64,000 nucleotides of DNA, taken from contig OY970229.1 of assembly GCA_963714085.1 (NCBI GenBank), forward strand, positions 384,001 to 448,000. Direction: 5' to 3'. Positions 28,227 through 38,000 of this stretch are shown in pieces. Origin of the DNA: an uncultured Candidatus Micrarchaeota archaeon. GTDB lineage: Archaea; Micrarchaeota; Micrarchaeia; Anstonellales; Bilamarchaeaceae. Both the position numbers and the translations under genes were made by a program. Numbering within the stretch: the first letter of the stretch is position 1; each line of letters begins with the position of its first letter. The notes under the pieces are model-generated. The model searched no databases and was not told the origin of the DNA. It worked only from the letters and a program-made list of their open reading frames with translations.

Positions 28227-31200
28227 CTATGGCTTCAACGGCTGCTTCTTTTTGTTCTTGCCGTTGCGCCATTTCCGGTATGCCAGGTATGCCAGGATCA
28301 TGGCGATGATCAGCGGGAGCACCCAACAGTAGTTCGTCGGCTGCTGGACCAAGGCCGGCGTCGGGACCTGGGCGGCCGGCGGAGGCAGCGCGACCGCGAT
28401 TATGTGCGTCTTCACAGAGGAGCCCGCCAGGAGGAGGTTGACCGTGTAATTGCCGTGGAACGAGAACGGGAGCAGGGCATCGCCGTTCGCATCAGTGGTG
28501 GTCTGGAACGAGGCGCCGTCGGGCAGGATTATCTGGAGCGTGGCGTTCACGAACGCCTGCCCGCCCACCGTGGCATGGACCTTGCCCTGCCCTCCGACCA
28601 AGCCTTCTTTGTCTCCTGTCAGGTCGACGGGCTCGCATGTGTGCACGATGCATATGTTAGACGGCGCGCAATCGGCATCCTGGCAGCATTGGTATGAGGA
28701 CCAGGCGTGGTTGGCTGCGAAGCCGCACACCCCGGTTACGGGTTGGCAGGCTCCTATGCTCAGGTTGCAGAAATCGACCAGCGGGCACTGGTCGTCCGAG
28801 GTGCAGCCCGAGCTCGGCACTGGCGGGGGCACGGGCGGGGGCGCTATCGCGCAGGTTGTGAACGTGAACGTGGCGCTTCCCGGCAGATAGCCGTTCTGCG
28901 AGCCGTCTGCCTCGTAGGTCCCGCTAGCCGAGAGCTGGAATGTCGCCGTGCCGTCGTTTCCTGTGGTCTGCTGGTCGACCAGCCCCTCGTACGGGCTGGT
29001 GAGCAGGAGCCGTATCTTGGTGCCCGGTCCGCTGTATGCGGTCACGGTCACCTGGTTGGCCGGGCAGGGTGCCCGGGTCAAGGAAAGCGACAATGGGACC
29101 TCGTTGGATGGGACGTACGGGGATGGCGGGATCGGAGCAGGGGTTGAAGGGGACGAAGGCGCAGCCCCGCCCAGGATGCCGAATACGCTCCCGAAACCGG
29201 TTATGTTGGCGAATACGTATGTGGAATAGGTATCCAAACCGGACGATGACGAGAAGTCCGAGGGGATCACATCCCATCCGCTGCTGTCGTATTTCCCTAT
29301 GAATAGCGTGCTCTCGTTCAGGGACGCGACGTCTGATAGCAGGTAGCTGAAGTTGAGGAAGAGGTAGGAGTCCGGCGAGTTGGCGGTGGATTGCACGAAC
29401 CTGTTGATGTCGCTCAGGCCCGTCGGATCCGGCGCGCTGGTGGCGGAGCTGTTGGTGCCGTTCTCGAAGAGTTTTATCTCGAAGGTGTTGTTCCCGAAAG
29501 TGTCGGAGCCGTCGTATTCCGCATTGTGGTCGTAGGAAATGATGTACACACGATTCGGTGCGGTGCCCGCCACGCCGTAGGTGATGTTGCTGACCACGCC
29601 GTCTGAGACAAGATCGGTCCATAGCCCGGCGACCAGGTAGTCAGAACCCTGGGTTATGCCCTGCGAGCTCATGGTGGCCTGGCCGCAGCATGAAGGATCG
29701 GATGAAGCGACGGTCTCGTTGCTCAGGTAGATGAAGCCGTTGGTGCTTATCACGATGTGGTCGTTCTGCCTTCCGAAAAGCGTCACGTTGAATGGGAGCA
29801 AGATGTCGTCGCTGAGAGCATCGTCGCCGGACATGGTCTGCGGACTTGAGATGTCCGATACCGGCGTGATGTCAGTCGGGATTGTGGCTGCCACTGCACC
29901 TCCAGCGGGTGTCTGTGTGTAAGCCACGGAGCCGTTATAATCGTTAGAGATCGGGCCGAACGAGGTGATGTCGTTGGAGCCTGCCGGGCCGTCCGATATG
30001 CCCGTGACCTTCTCATTGCTTCCGTCGCTCGAGTAGATGTGGACCTCGACGCTCGGCGAGCCTCCGCTGTATCCTTGCGGGTGCGCGGAATCGTTGATAT
30101 TGATGTCCTTGGAGTCGAACGACACGATGTCATGGCCAAGCGTGAGGTTTTCAGCGACGTTGCCTTGAGAACCGGAATTCGAGGAGAATGCCCAGTTGGC
30201 GTTGCCCGATGCATTGCAGCCGCTGAAGACATTGTTTTGGGAGGAGCCCAGATAGAAACCGTATATGGATTCCGTGGCGGTATCGTTTGTCATGTTGCTG
30301 GAGGTGACATCATCGAACTCATAAGCGTACTGGTTGTTGCCGGATGCGGAGCTGCCAATGATGCTGTTCGAGTCTGAAAACCACATGAGGAATCCGGGGT
30401 TGCTGTTGTTATCTGCGGAGTCGTTCAGGTACGTGCCGTTGTTGCTCTGTCCTATATCGAAGCCGAAGTAGTTGTAAGACGAGGATGTGTTGTTGATGGT
30501 GGCGTTATCGTTATAGTATATCAGGAAACCGTCATTGTAAAGCGTGTCGGAGCCGTTGACTACGCTGTTGGTGACATTGGAGCCTGTTGCACCGCAAAGC
30601 TCGATCTCAGCGGCGTCCAGGCTGTCCCAAGAGACCGGGTCGCTGAAGTAGTAGATGGGACGGTATGCCGAGCCGGTCGTGTTGGTGATGTTGTTCTGGC
30701 ATCCATCCGGGCTGGCATACGGGTAAAAAGGATCGACATAGAGGTCCAGATAGCCGTTCTCCATGGCGCTGTTATTGGACAGGACGTTCTGGTTCGACGC
30801 ATATAACACGATGCCGAAGTAACGGTTGTTGTTGGCGCTATCGTTGTCCATGGTGGTCTGGTTCGACGCATAGAGCTCAATACCCAAATAACTGCTGTTG
30901 TCGGCGCTATCGTTGTACAAGGTGTTGTTGTTGCTCATGTCTAAGAAGATGCCTTCGCTGGAGTCGTTGTCGGCGCTATTGTCGTATATGTTATTGTTGT
31001 TGCTGTCTAGCAGGTCAATGCCGAAGAAACTATTGTCGACGTTATTGCTGTATATAGCGTTATTGTCCGTGGCGTCAGTGTTCGATCCATCAACGAGGTA
31101 GATACCCGAGCCGTAGTTGTTGTTGGCGCTGTTGTTGTAGATGTTATTCCAGCTCGATTGTTCGATGTTGAACCCATCCCCCCAACTGCTGTTGTCGGCG

Positions 31201-34200
31201 ATATTGTTATACAGGTTATTGTTGTTCGAATACCAGAGGGAGATGCCGCTCCAATTGCTCTCGGCGATATTGTTAAACAGGATATTGTTGTTCGATGAGC
31301 CGAAGATGATGCCGTCCTCGCTGTTGTTGTTTGCGCTGCTGTTGGACAGGGTATTGTTGTTCGATGATTGGAGATAGATGCCCCATTGGCCGTTGTTGTT
31401 TGCGCTGCTGTTGGACAGTGTATTGTTGTTCGATGATTGGAGATAGATGCCCCATTGGCCGTTGTTGTTTGCGCTGCTGTTGGACAGTGTATTGTTGTTC
31501 GATGATTGGAGATAGATGCCCCATTGGCCGTTGTTGTTTGCGCTGCTGTTGGACAGTGTATTGTTGTTCGAATAAAGTATGTAGAAGCCATCGTTACCGT
31601 TGTTGTCGGCGCTGATGTTGGATACGGTGTTGTTGTCCGAGGAACTGATCGCGATGCCATAGTTGTAGTTGTTGTCGGCGCTGTTGTTGAATATGGAGTT
31701 GTTGGTTGAATTAGAGGTAACTAGAATGCCGATGCTACCTTCGTTGTCGGCGCTATTGTTGTACACGGTATTGTTGTCCGCTGAAACGAGGCTGATGCCT
31801 AAAGCTGCGTTGTTGTCGGCGATGTTGTTGGATAGCGTATTGCCGCTCGGTGGTGGATAATACGCGGGTGCTTCATACATGCCGATGCCGCAGTAGCCGT
31901 TGCCCTCGGCGTCATTGTTGAACAGGGTATTGTTGGTAGAAGACGCGACCGCGATGCCGTAATAGCGGTTGTTGTCGGCGCTATTGTTATACACGGTGAC
32001 ATTGTTCGACATACAATTAACGTAGATGCCGCTATTGGGGCCGTTGCCGGCGACGTTGTTGGACACGTTAATATCGTATCCCGATATCTCGATGCCGTAG
32101 TAGTCGTTGCTTAACCTATTGTTATATATGCTGGTGTTGGAGCTCGCAATGTTGAAGAGGCTGGTGCCGTATGCCCCATCGCCGAAGTAGATGCCGTGGC
32201 CGTATGTCATACAGCTGTAGGGGAACGTATAAGGACTGGTGCTGTTTTCGATGATATTGTCATATATGACGTCATTATTGCCCGCCATAGTGATGCCCCC
32301 TGCATTGTTGTTGTTGAAGGTATTGTTATACACGGTGGTGTTGTCGGACGCCCCAAATAAGCCCACAGACGTGTTGCTGACGCTATTGAAAGACAGGTTG
32401 TTGTTGTTGCAGGTCTGCTCACCAAGGTCGATGCCGGCCCCGAATGCGTTAGTGATACTATTGTTATACAAGGCGTTGTTGCTGGAAGCGGTAAGCGTGA
32501 TGGCGCCGCTGTTCACGTTGTAGATATTATTGTCATAGAATACGGACTGGTTCACCGAATTGAGGCTGATGCCGCCATAGCTTGCGTTGTAGACGCTATT
32601 GTTATAAACGGCTATCTGAGTCGCTGCGTAGACGGCGAAACCCAGCACGCCCACGTCGAAACCGTCGGGGGTGAAATAAATCGGGCCGTTGTAGGCGGTA
32701 TTGTTGTATGCGGTGTTCTGGGACCCGCTCAGCGCGAACGCCAGCTCGAGGGAGTGGGCGGTATTGTTGTACATGGTGTTGTTATTGCTCGATGGATCGA
32801 CCCGGATGCCAGCTCCAGCGTCGTAGTAGAAGACATTGTTATACATGGTGTTCTGGCTCGAATTGACGAGCCAGATGCCATTGCAAACCGCGGCGTACGC
32901 GCCGTAATCGTCGGCGTAGTCTCTAAAGGCGAGATTGCCGTACAAGGTATTGTTGTTGGATGAATCGAGCACGATGCCGGATTGAGTGTTGTAGGAAGCG
33001 GTATCGTTGCACAGGACATTGTTGTTCGAATTCTCGACCATGATGCCGTGGCCGTTGCTGAGGCTGGGGTCGTTGGTTTCGTTATTGTTGCACAGGGTAT
33101 TGTTGTTCGATGACTGAACCCAGATGCCATACAGGTAGCTGAGTCCGATGGTGTTGTTCAGGATAGAGGAATTGGTCGAGTTGTATTCGATTATGGGGTT
33201 GGTATAATTGGAGATGATGCAGTTCTTCACCGTGACGTTATCGGTCATTGCAAAGATGATGCCGGTCGCGGGCCAAGCGGTACCAATGATGCTATGCCCC
33301 GCGCAGTCGAATGTGACATTGGACGAGGTGATCCTGACGCAGGTCTGGAAGGCATATCCTACGGGCGTGTAGGTCGGCTGGCCGGTGAAGTTCATCCCCA
33401 TCACGTAGGTGCCGGGCTTGGATATGGTCGGGCAGTTGGTGTATAGGGTGCTATACACCTGGCTCGCATTGAAAATGCCGAAGATGCTATACGCAGTGGA
33501 TGGAGGGGGTAGAGTGGATATGTTCGCGAACACGTACTTGTCGGAAGTGTCGACTCCGTATGGGGACGCGAAGTCCGCGGGGTTCGTTATCCATACGGGG
33601 TTGAGTATCGACAGGTTGTATTCCAGCATGAAGAGCGTGTTCTCGTTCAGGGAGACGACGTCTGCAGGCGTGTAGCTGAGGTTGAGGAAGATGAATGAGT
33701 CAAACGAGTTGGAAGCGACTTCCACGAACCTGTTTATGTCGCTCAGGCCGGGCGGGTCCGATTGCGGGGGGTGGGGGGAGTCCTGGATGCTGACGTCCTT
33801 TGAGGTGAATGATACGGTGTTATTGCCCACCGTGAGGTTCTCGACGACGACGCCCATGGCGCTGAATTGCGAATCGAAAGCCCAGGCGCCGTTGTTGACA
33901 ACGCTATTGTTGGAGATGGTACTGTTGCTCGATGTGCCGATGCCGATGCCCGCATAGCCGTTGTTGTTGGCGATATTGTTGTATAAAGCAGTGTTGTTCG
34001 ATGTATCGAAGACGATGCCGTAGTTGGAATTGTTGCTGGCGGTATTGTTGGACAGGGTATTGTTATACATGTTGGCGCTGTGCGATGAGAAAGCGATGCC
34101 ATCGTAGTTGTTGCCGGCACTGTTGTTGGATACGACGTTGTTAGACGAATTAAAGAAGATGCCATAAAAAGTATTGTTATTGGCGATATTGTTTGACAGA

Positions 34201-34940
34201 GTGGCGTTGTTCGATGAGTCCAGGTAGATGCCGGTATTGTTGTCGTTATTGGCGACATTGTCCAGGATATTGGAATTGTTTGAACTGTAGTAATAGATGC
34301 CATAATTATAGTTGAAGACGTTGCAGTTCTGCACAGTGACGTTAGTGACCGGGCCTGCGACAAGGATGCCGAATGTCTGGCCGGCGCTGTTGTTAGTGAT
34401 GCTATGGCCCGCGCAGTCGAACACCACGTTGGACGAGTTTATCCTTACACAGGAAGCGCCGGTGAGCGGTGATGCGCTGTTCGGCGCGCCGGTATAGTTT
34501 ATCGTCGTCATCGTGTAGGTGCCGGGCAGGGTTATGTTCGGGCAATTGAGAGTAGGATCATTGTCCATTACGCCATAGCCCGCCCCGGACACCGCGTATC
34601 CGCTGCTCTGGACGGACTGGCCTGTTGTGCCGTTTCCGGACAGCGTACCGTTATCGCTTATGGATTGGTTATCAGGGGTTCCGTTCTGGACTGACTGGTC
34701 CTGGGTCCCGTTGTCCGTGGGTATGATACCCGGAGGCGTTTGGAGCGCGGTTCCGTTTTGGATGTTCAAAGAACCGTTTTCGGCGAGCGTGCCGTTATCG
34801 CCCATGGACTCCGCGGTCGCATTGAACGCGCCCCCGTTCTGGTCGGACTGCGCATGGCTCACGGTCATGTATGCCAGCAGCGATACGACCAGGACCAGCA
34901 ATGTCGCCGCGAACAGTGTACTTCCCCTAGGGCGCCGCAT
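28227..34940 (-). CDS. Giant surface protein 2: beta-helix, NIDO-like insert, Cys-rich, TM anchor
   Basis: 2237 aa; signal peptide; GIxLxSSNNNTLxNNxAxNN repeats; C-terminal cassette shared with its neighbours. Confidence 0.88.
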   Translation of the reverse strand: MRRPRGSTLFAATLLVLVVSLLAYMTVSHAQSDQNGGAFNATAESMGDNGTLAENGSLNIQNGTALQTPPGIIPTDNGTQDQSVQNGTPDNQSISDNGTLSGNGTTGQSVQSSGYAVSGAGYGVMDNDPTLNCPNITLPGTYTMTTINYTGAPNSASPLTGASCVRINSSNVVFDCAGHSITNNSAGQTFGILVAGPVTNVTVQNCNVFNYNYGIYYYSSNNSNILDNVANNDNNTGIYLDSSNNATLSNNIANNNTFYGIFFNSSNNVVSNNSAGNNYDGIAFSSHSANMYNNTLSNNTASNNSNYGIVFDTSNNTALYNNIANNNGYAGIGIGTSSNSTISNNSVVNNGAWAFDSQFSAMGVVVENLTVGNNTVSFTSKDVSIQDSPHPPQSDPPGLSDINRFVEVASNSFDSFIFLNLSYTPADVVSLNENTLFMLEYNLSILNPVWITNPADFASPYGVDTSDKYVFANISTLPPPSTAYSIFGIFNASQVYSTLYTNCPTISKPGTYVMGMNFTGQPTYTPVGYAFQTCVRITSSNVTFDCAGHSIIGTAWPATGIIFAMTDNVTVKNCIISNYTNPIIEYNSTNSSILNNTIGLSYLYGIWVQSSNNNTLCNNNETNDPSLSNGHGIMVENSNNNVLCNDTASYNTQSGIVLDSSNNNTLYGNLAFRDYADDYGAYAAVCNGIWLVNSSQNTMYNNVFYYDAGAGIRVDPSSNNNTMYNNTAHSLELAFALSGSQNTAYNNTAYNGPIYFTPDGFDVGVLGFAVYAATQIAVYNNSVYNASYGGISLNSVNQSVFYDNNIYNVNSGAITLTASSNNALYNNSITNAFGAGIDLGEQTCNNNNLSFNSVSNTSVGLFGASDNTTVYNNTFNNNNAGGITMAGNNDVIYDNIIENSTSPYTFPYSCMTYGHGIYFGDGAYGTSLFNIASSNTSIYNNRLSNDYYGIEISGYDINVSNNVAGNGPNSGIYVNCMSNNVTVYNNSADNNRYYGIAVASSTNNTLFNNDAEGNGYCGIGMYEAPAYYPPPSGNTLSNNIADNNAALGISLVSADNNTVYNNSADNEGSIGILVTSNSTNNSIFNNSADNNYNYGIAISSSDNNTVSNISADNNGNDGFYILYSNNNTLSNSSANNNGQWGIYLQSSNNNTLSNSSANNNGQWGIYLQSSNNNTLSNSSANNNGQWGIYLQSSNNNTLSNSSANNNSEDGIIFGSSNNNILFNNIAESNWSGISLWYSNNNNLYNNIADNSSWGDGFNIEQSSWNNIYNNSANNNYGSGIYLVDGSNTDATDNNAIYSNNVDNSFFGIDLLDSNNNNIYDNSADNDSSEGIFLDMSNNNTLYNDSADNSSYLGIELYASNQTTMDNDSANNNRYFGIVLYASNQNVLSNNSAMENGYLDLYVDPFYPYASPDGCQNNITNTTGSAYRPIYYFSDPVSWDSLDAAEIELCGATGSNVTNSVVNGSDTLYNDGFLIYYNDNATINNTSSSYNYFGFDIGQSNNGTYLNDSADNNSNPGFLMWFSDSNSIIGSSASGNNQYAYEFDDVTSSNMTNDTATESIYGFYLGSSQNNVFSGCNASGNANWAFSSNSGSQGNVAENLTLGHDIVSFDSKDININDSAHPQGYSGGSPSVEVHIYSSDGSNEKVTGISDGPAGSNDITSFGPISNDYNGSVAYTQTPAGGAVAATIPTDITPVSDISSPQTMSGDDALSDDILLPFNVTLFGRQNDHIVISTNGFIYLSNETVASSDPSCCGQATMSSQGITQGSDYLVAGLWTDLVSDGVVSNITYGVAGTAPNRVYIISYDHNAEYDGSDTFGNNTFEIKLFENGTNSSATSAPDPTGLSDINRFVQSTANSPDSYLFLNFSYLLSDVASLNESTLFIGKYDSSGWDVIPSDFSSSSGLDTYSTYVFANITGFGSVFGILGGAAPSSPSTPAPIPPSPYVPSNEVPLSLSLTRAPCPANQVTVTAYSGPGTKIRLLLTSPYEGLVDQQTTGNDGTATFQLSASGTYEADGSQNGYLPGSATFTFTTCAIAPPPVPPPVPSSGCTSDDQCPLVDFCNLSIGACQPVTGVCGFAANHAWSSYQCCQDADCAPSNICIVHTCEPVDLTGDKEGLVGGQGKVHATVGGQAFVNATLQIILPDGASFQTTTDANGDALLPFSFHGNYTVNLLLAGSSVKTHIIAVALPPPAAQVPTPALVQQPTNYCWVLPLIIAMILAYLAYRKWRNGKNKKKQPLKP
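31323..31571. repeat. 69-bp tandem repeat (about 3.6 copies) encoding NNNGQWGIYLQSSNNNTLSNSSA
   Basis: Near-perfect units start at 31323, 31392, 31461 and 31530. Confidence 0.95.
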
Positions 34941-34992
34941 ACTTAATTTACGCGGCTAGAATTTAAAAAGAATCTTGTTTGAGGGCGCTTCG

Positions 34993-35067
34993 CTTTTTCT
35001 CGTCTTCCCATGGCTTCTTGACGAGCTGGTCCGGCTCCTCGCGCTTGAACCCGTCCTCTTCGTCCCG
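34993..35067 (-). pseudogene. Degenerate copy of the 3' end of the 40567-42279 gene
   Basis: Aligns to 40570-40650; encodes RDEEDGFKREEPDQLVKKPWEDEKK versus RDEEDEFKRKREELRQLVKKLWEDEKK. Confidence 0.85.
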
Positions 35068-35093
35068 GGCTCCTGTTTTCCCGGCTGGGGACG

Positions 35094-38000
35094 CTATGCC
35101 TTTTGCGCCGGCTTCCTCTTGTTCTTGCCGTTGCGCCATTTCCGGTATGCCAGGTATGCCAGGATCATGGCGATGATCAGCGGGAGCACCCAGCAGTAGT
35201 TCGGCGGCTGCTCGACCAAGGCCGGCGCCGGGGGCTGGGCGGCCGGCGGAGGCAGCGCGACCGCGATTATGTGGCTCTTCACAGAAGAGCCCGCCAGGAG
35301 GAGGTTGACCGTGTAATTGCCGTGGAACGCGAACGGAAGGACGGCATCGCCGTTCGCATCCGTGGTGGTCTGGAACGAGGGCCCGCCAGGCAGGATTATC
35401 TCGAGCGTGGCGTTCACGAACGCCTGCCCGCCCACCGTGGCATGGACCTTGCCCTGCCCTCCCACCAGGCCTTCTTTGTCGCCTGTCAGGTCGACGGGCT
35501 CGCATGCGTGCGCTATGCACACGTTGGCAGTCGGGCAGTCGGAATCCTGGCAGCAGCGGTATGAGGACCAGGCGTGGTTGGCTGCGAAGCCGCACACCCC
35601 GGTTACGGGTTGGCAGGCTCCTATGCTCAGGTTGCAGAAATCGACCAGCGGGCACTGGTCGTCCGAGGTGCAGCCCGAGCTCGTAACTGGCGGGGGCACG
35701 GGCGGGGGCGCTATCGCGCAGGTGGTGAACGTGAATGTTTCGCTTCCCGGCAGATAGCCGTTCTGCGATGCGTCTGCCTCGTAGGTCCCGCTCGCCGAGA
35801 GCTGGAATGTCGCCGTCCCGTCGCTTCCGGCGATCTGTTGGTCTACGAGCCCCTCGTACGGGCTGGTGAGCAGGAGCCGTATCTTGGTGCCCGGTCCGCT
35901 GTATGCGGTCACGGTGACCTGGTTGGCCGGGCACGGCGCCCGGGTCAAGGAAAGCGACAATGGAATCTCGACGGGCGGGGGTGACGAGGGGGTGTAGACC
36001 GGTGGCGGAGCCTGGGGCGTAGTCGGAGTCCCGCCGAGGATGCCGAATGTGCTCCCGAAATCGATTATGTTCGCGAACACGTATCCGTCGCTCGTGTCCA
36101 CCCCGTACGGTGAGGAGAAGTCCGACGAGTTCACGTCCCATCCGGCGGCGTCGTATCTCGCCATGAAGAGCGTGCTCGCGTTCAAAGATGCGACGTCTGC
36201 CGGCGTATAGCTCAGGTTTAGGAAGAGGAAGGAGTCCGGGGAGTTGGAGGTCGATTGCACGAACCTGTTGATGTCGTACAGGCCGGACGGGTCCGGCGCA
36301 TTGGTGGCGATAGAGGTCTCGCTGCCGTTCTCGAAGAGCTTTATCTCGAATGTGTCGTTCCCGGACGTGTCGACGCCGTCGTATTCCGCATTGTGGTCGT
36401 AGGAGATGACGTACACGCGGTTCGGCGCCGTGCCCGCCACGCCGTAGGTGATGTTGCTGACCACGCCGTCTGAGACAAGATCGCCCCATACCCCGGCGAC
36501 CAGGAAGTCCGAACCCTGGGTTATGGTCTGCGAGTCCATGCGGGCCTGGCCGCAGCATGAAGAATCGGATGAAGCGATGATGTCGTTGCTCAAGTAGACG
36601 AAGCCGTTGGTGCTTATCGCGATGTGGTCGTTCTGCCTCCCGAAAAGCGTGACGTTGAACGGGAGCGTTATGTCGCTGCTGAGAGCGTCGTCGCCGTACA
36701 TCGTCTGCGGGGACGATATGTCCGATACCGGCGTGATGTCCGTGGGGACGCTGGCGACTGTCGCGCCCGCGTCTGGTGTCGGTGTGTATGCTATGGAGCC
36801 GTTGTACGCGTTGGAGGTCGGGCCGAAGGAGGTTATGTCACGGGAGCCTGAGGGGCCGTCTGATATACCTGTGACTTTGTCATTGATCGCTTCGGTCGAG
36901 AGTATGTCCACCTCGACGCTAGGCGAACCGCCGATGTATCCTTGCGGCGGCCCGGACTGCTGGACGTTCACGTCCTCCGAATCGAATGAGACCATGTCAT
37001 TGCCGAGCGTGAGGTTGTCCACGATGTTGCCCGTGGAACCCGAGTACGAGGAGAACGCCCAGACGGAGTTGTCGGACGCGTTGAAGCCGCTGAAGTTATT
37101 GCCCTCTGCAGAATAGAGATAGATGCCAATCGGGTTGCCGGATGCTGAGCTGCCGTTGATGCTGTTCGGGCCCGATGATTCCATGTCGAAGCCATGATAC
37201 GCGTTGTCGTCTGCGGTGCAGTTGGAGAGGCTGGAGGCGGAGAGCGCGTCCGCATAGAAACCCTGGTAGCCATTTGCGATGGCTGAGTCGTTGGAGTACA
37301 CGCCGTTGTCGTCGTATAGCATCCCGAAGCCGAGTGCGTTGTAGGACGAGGCCGTATTGTTGATGGCGGAATTGTCCGTGTAGTACTCCAGGAAACCGTC
37401 GTTGTAGAGCGTGTCCGAGCCGTTGACCACGCTGTTCGTGACATTGGAGCCGTCCGCGCCGCAGAGCTCGATCTCGGCCGCGTCCAGGCTGTCCCAGGAG
37501 ACGGAGCCGTTGGAGTAGTATATCGGGCGGGATGCGGAGCCGACCGTATCCGCGATGTCGTTCTGGCAGTCGCTCGATGAGAGCGGGTACACATAAAGGT
37601 CGAAGTAGTTGTTTTCCATGGCGCTGTTGTTGTACAATGCGTTCTGGCTCGACGAATAGAGCATGATGCCGTTCCAGGTGCTGTTGTCGGCGACGTTGCC
37701 GGACAGGTTGTTCTGGTCCGAGTATTGGAGGTAGATGCCGCCATAGTCGTAATCTGCGCTATTGCCGGAGATGGCGTTCTGGTCCGATGAGTAGAGGGAG
37801 ATGCCGTAATTGCCGGAATAGTTGTCGGCGCTGTTGTTGGCCACGTTGTTCTGGTTCGAGGAATCGAGGATTATGCCGGAATATCCGTTGTCGGCGTCGT
37901 TGTCCACGATGCTGTTCTGGTTCGATGACTCGAGATCGACGCCGCCGCCGCTATTGTTCACGATGCTGTTGTTGGATACGCTGTTCTGGTTCGAGCTGGT

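Noticed and set aside
34963..36558. 531-aa alternative-frame ORF overlapping surface protein 3
   Set aside because: A shadow frame of GC-rich coding DNA; only its last codons are informative, as the decayed gene fragment reported above.
28227..37100. Diversity-generating retroelement TR/VR pair among the AAC-rich paralogs
   Set aside because: Differences inspected between paralogs are not adenine-specific, both copies are coding, and no reverse transcriptase is present in the window.
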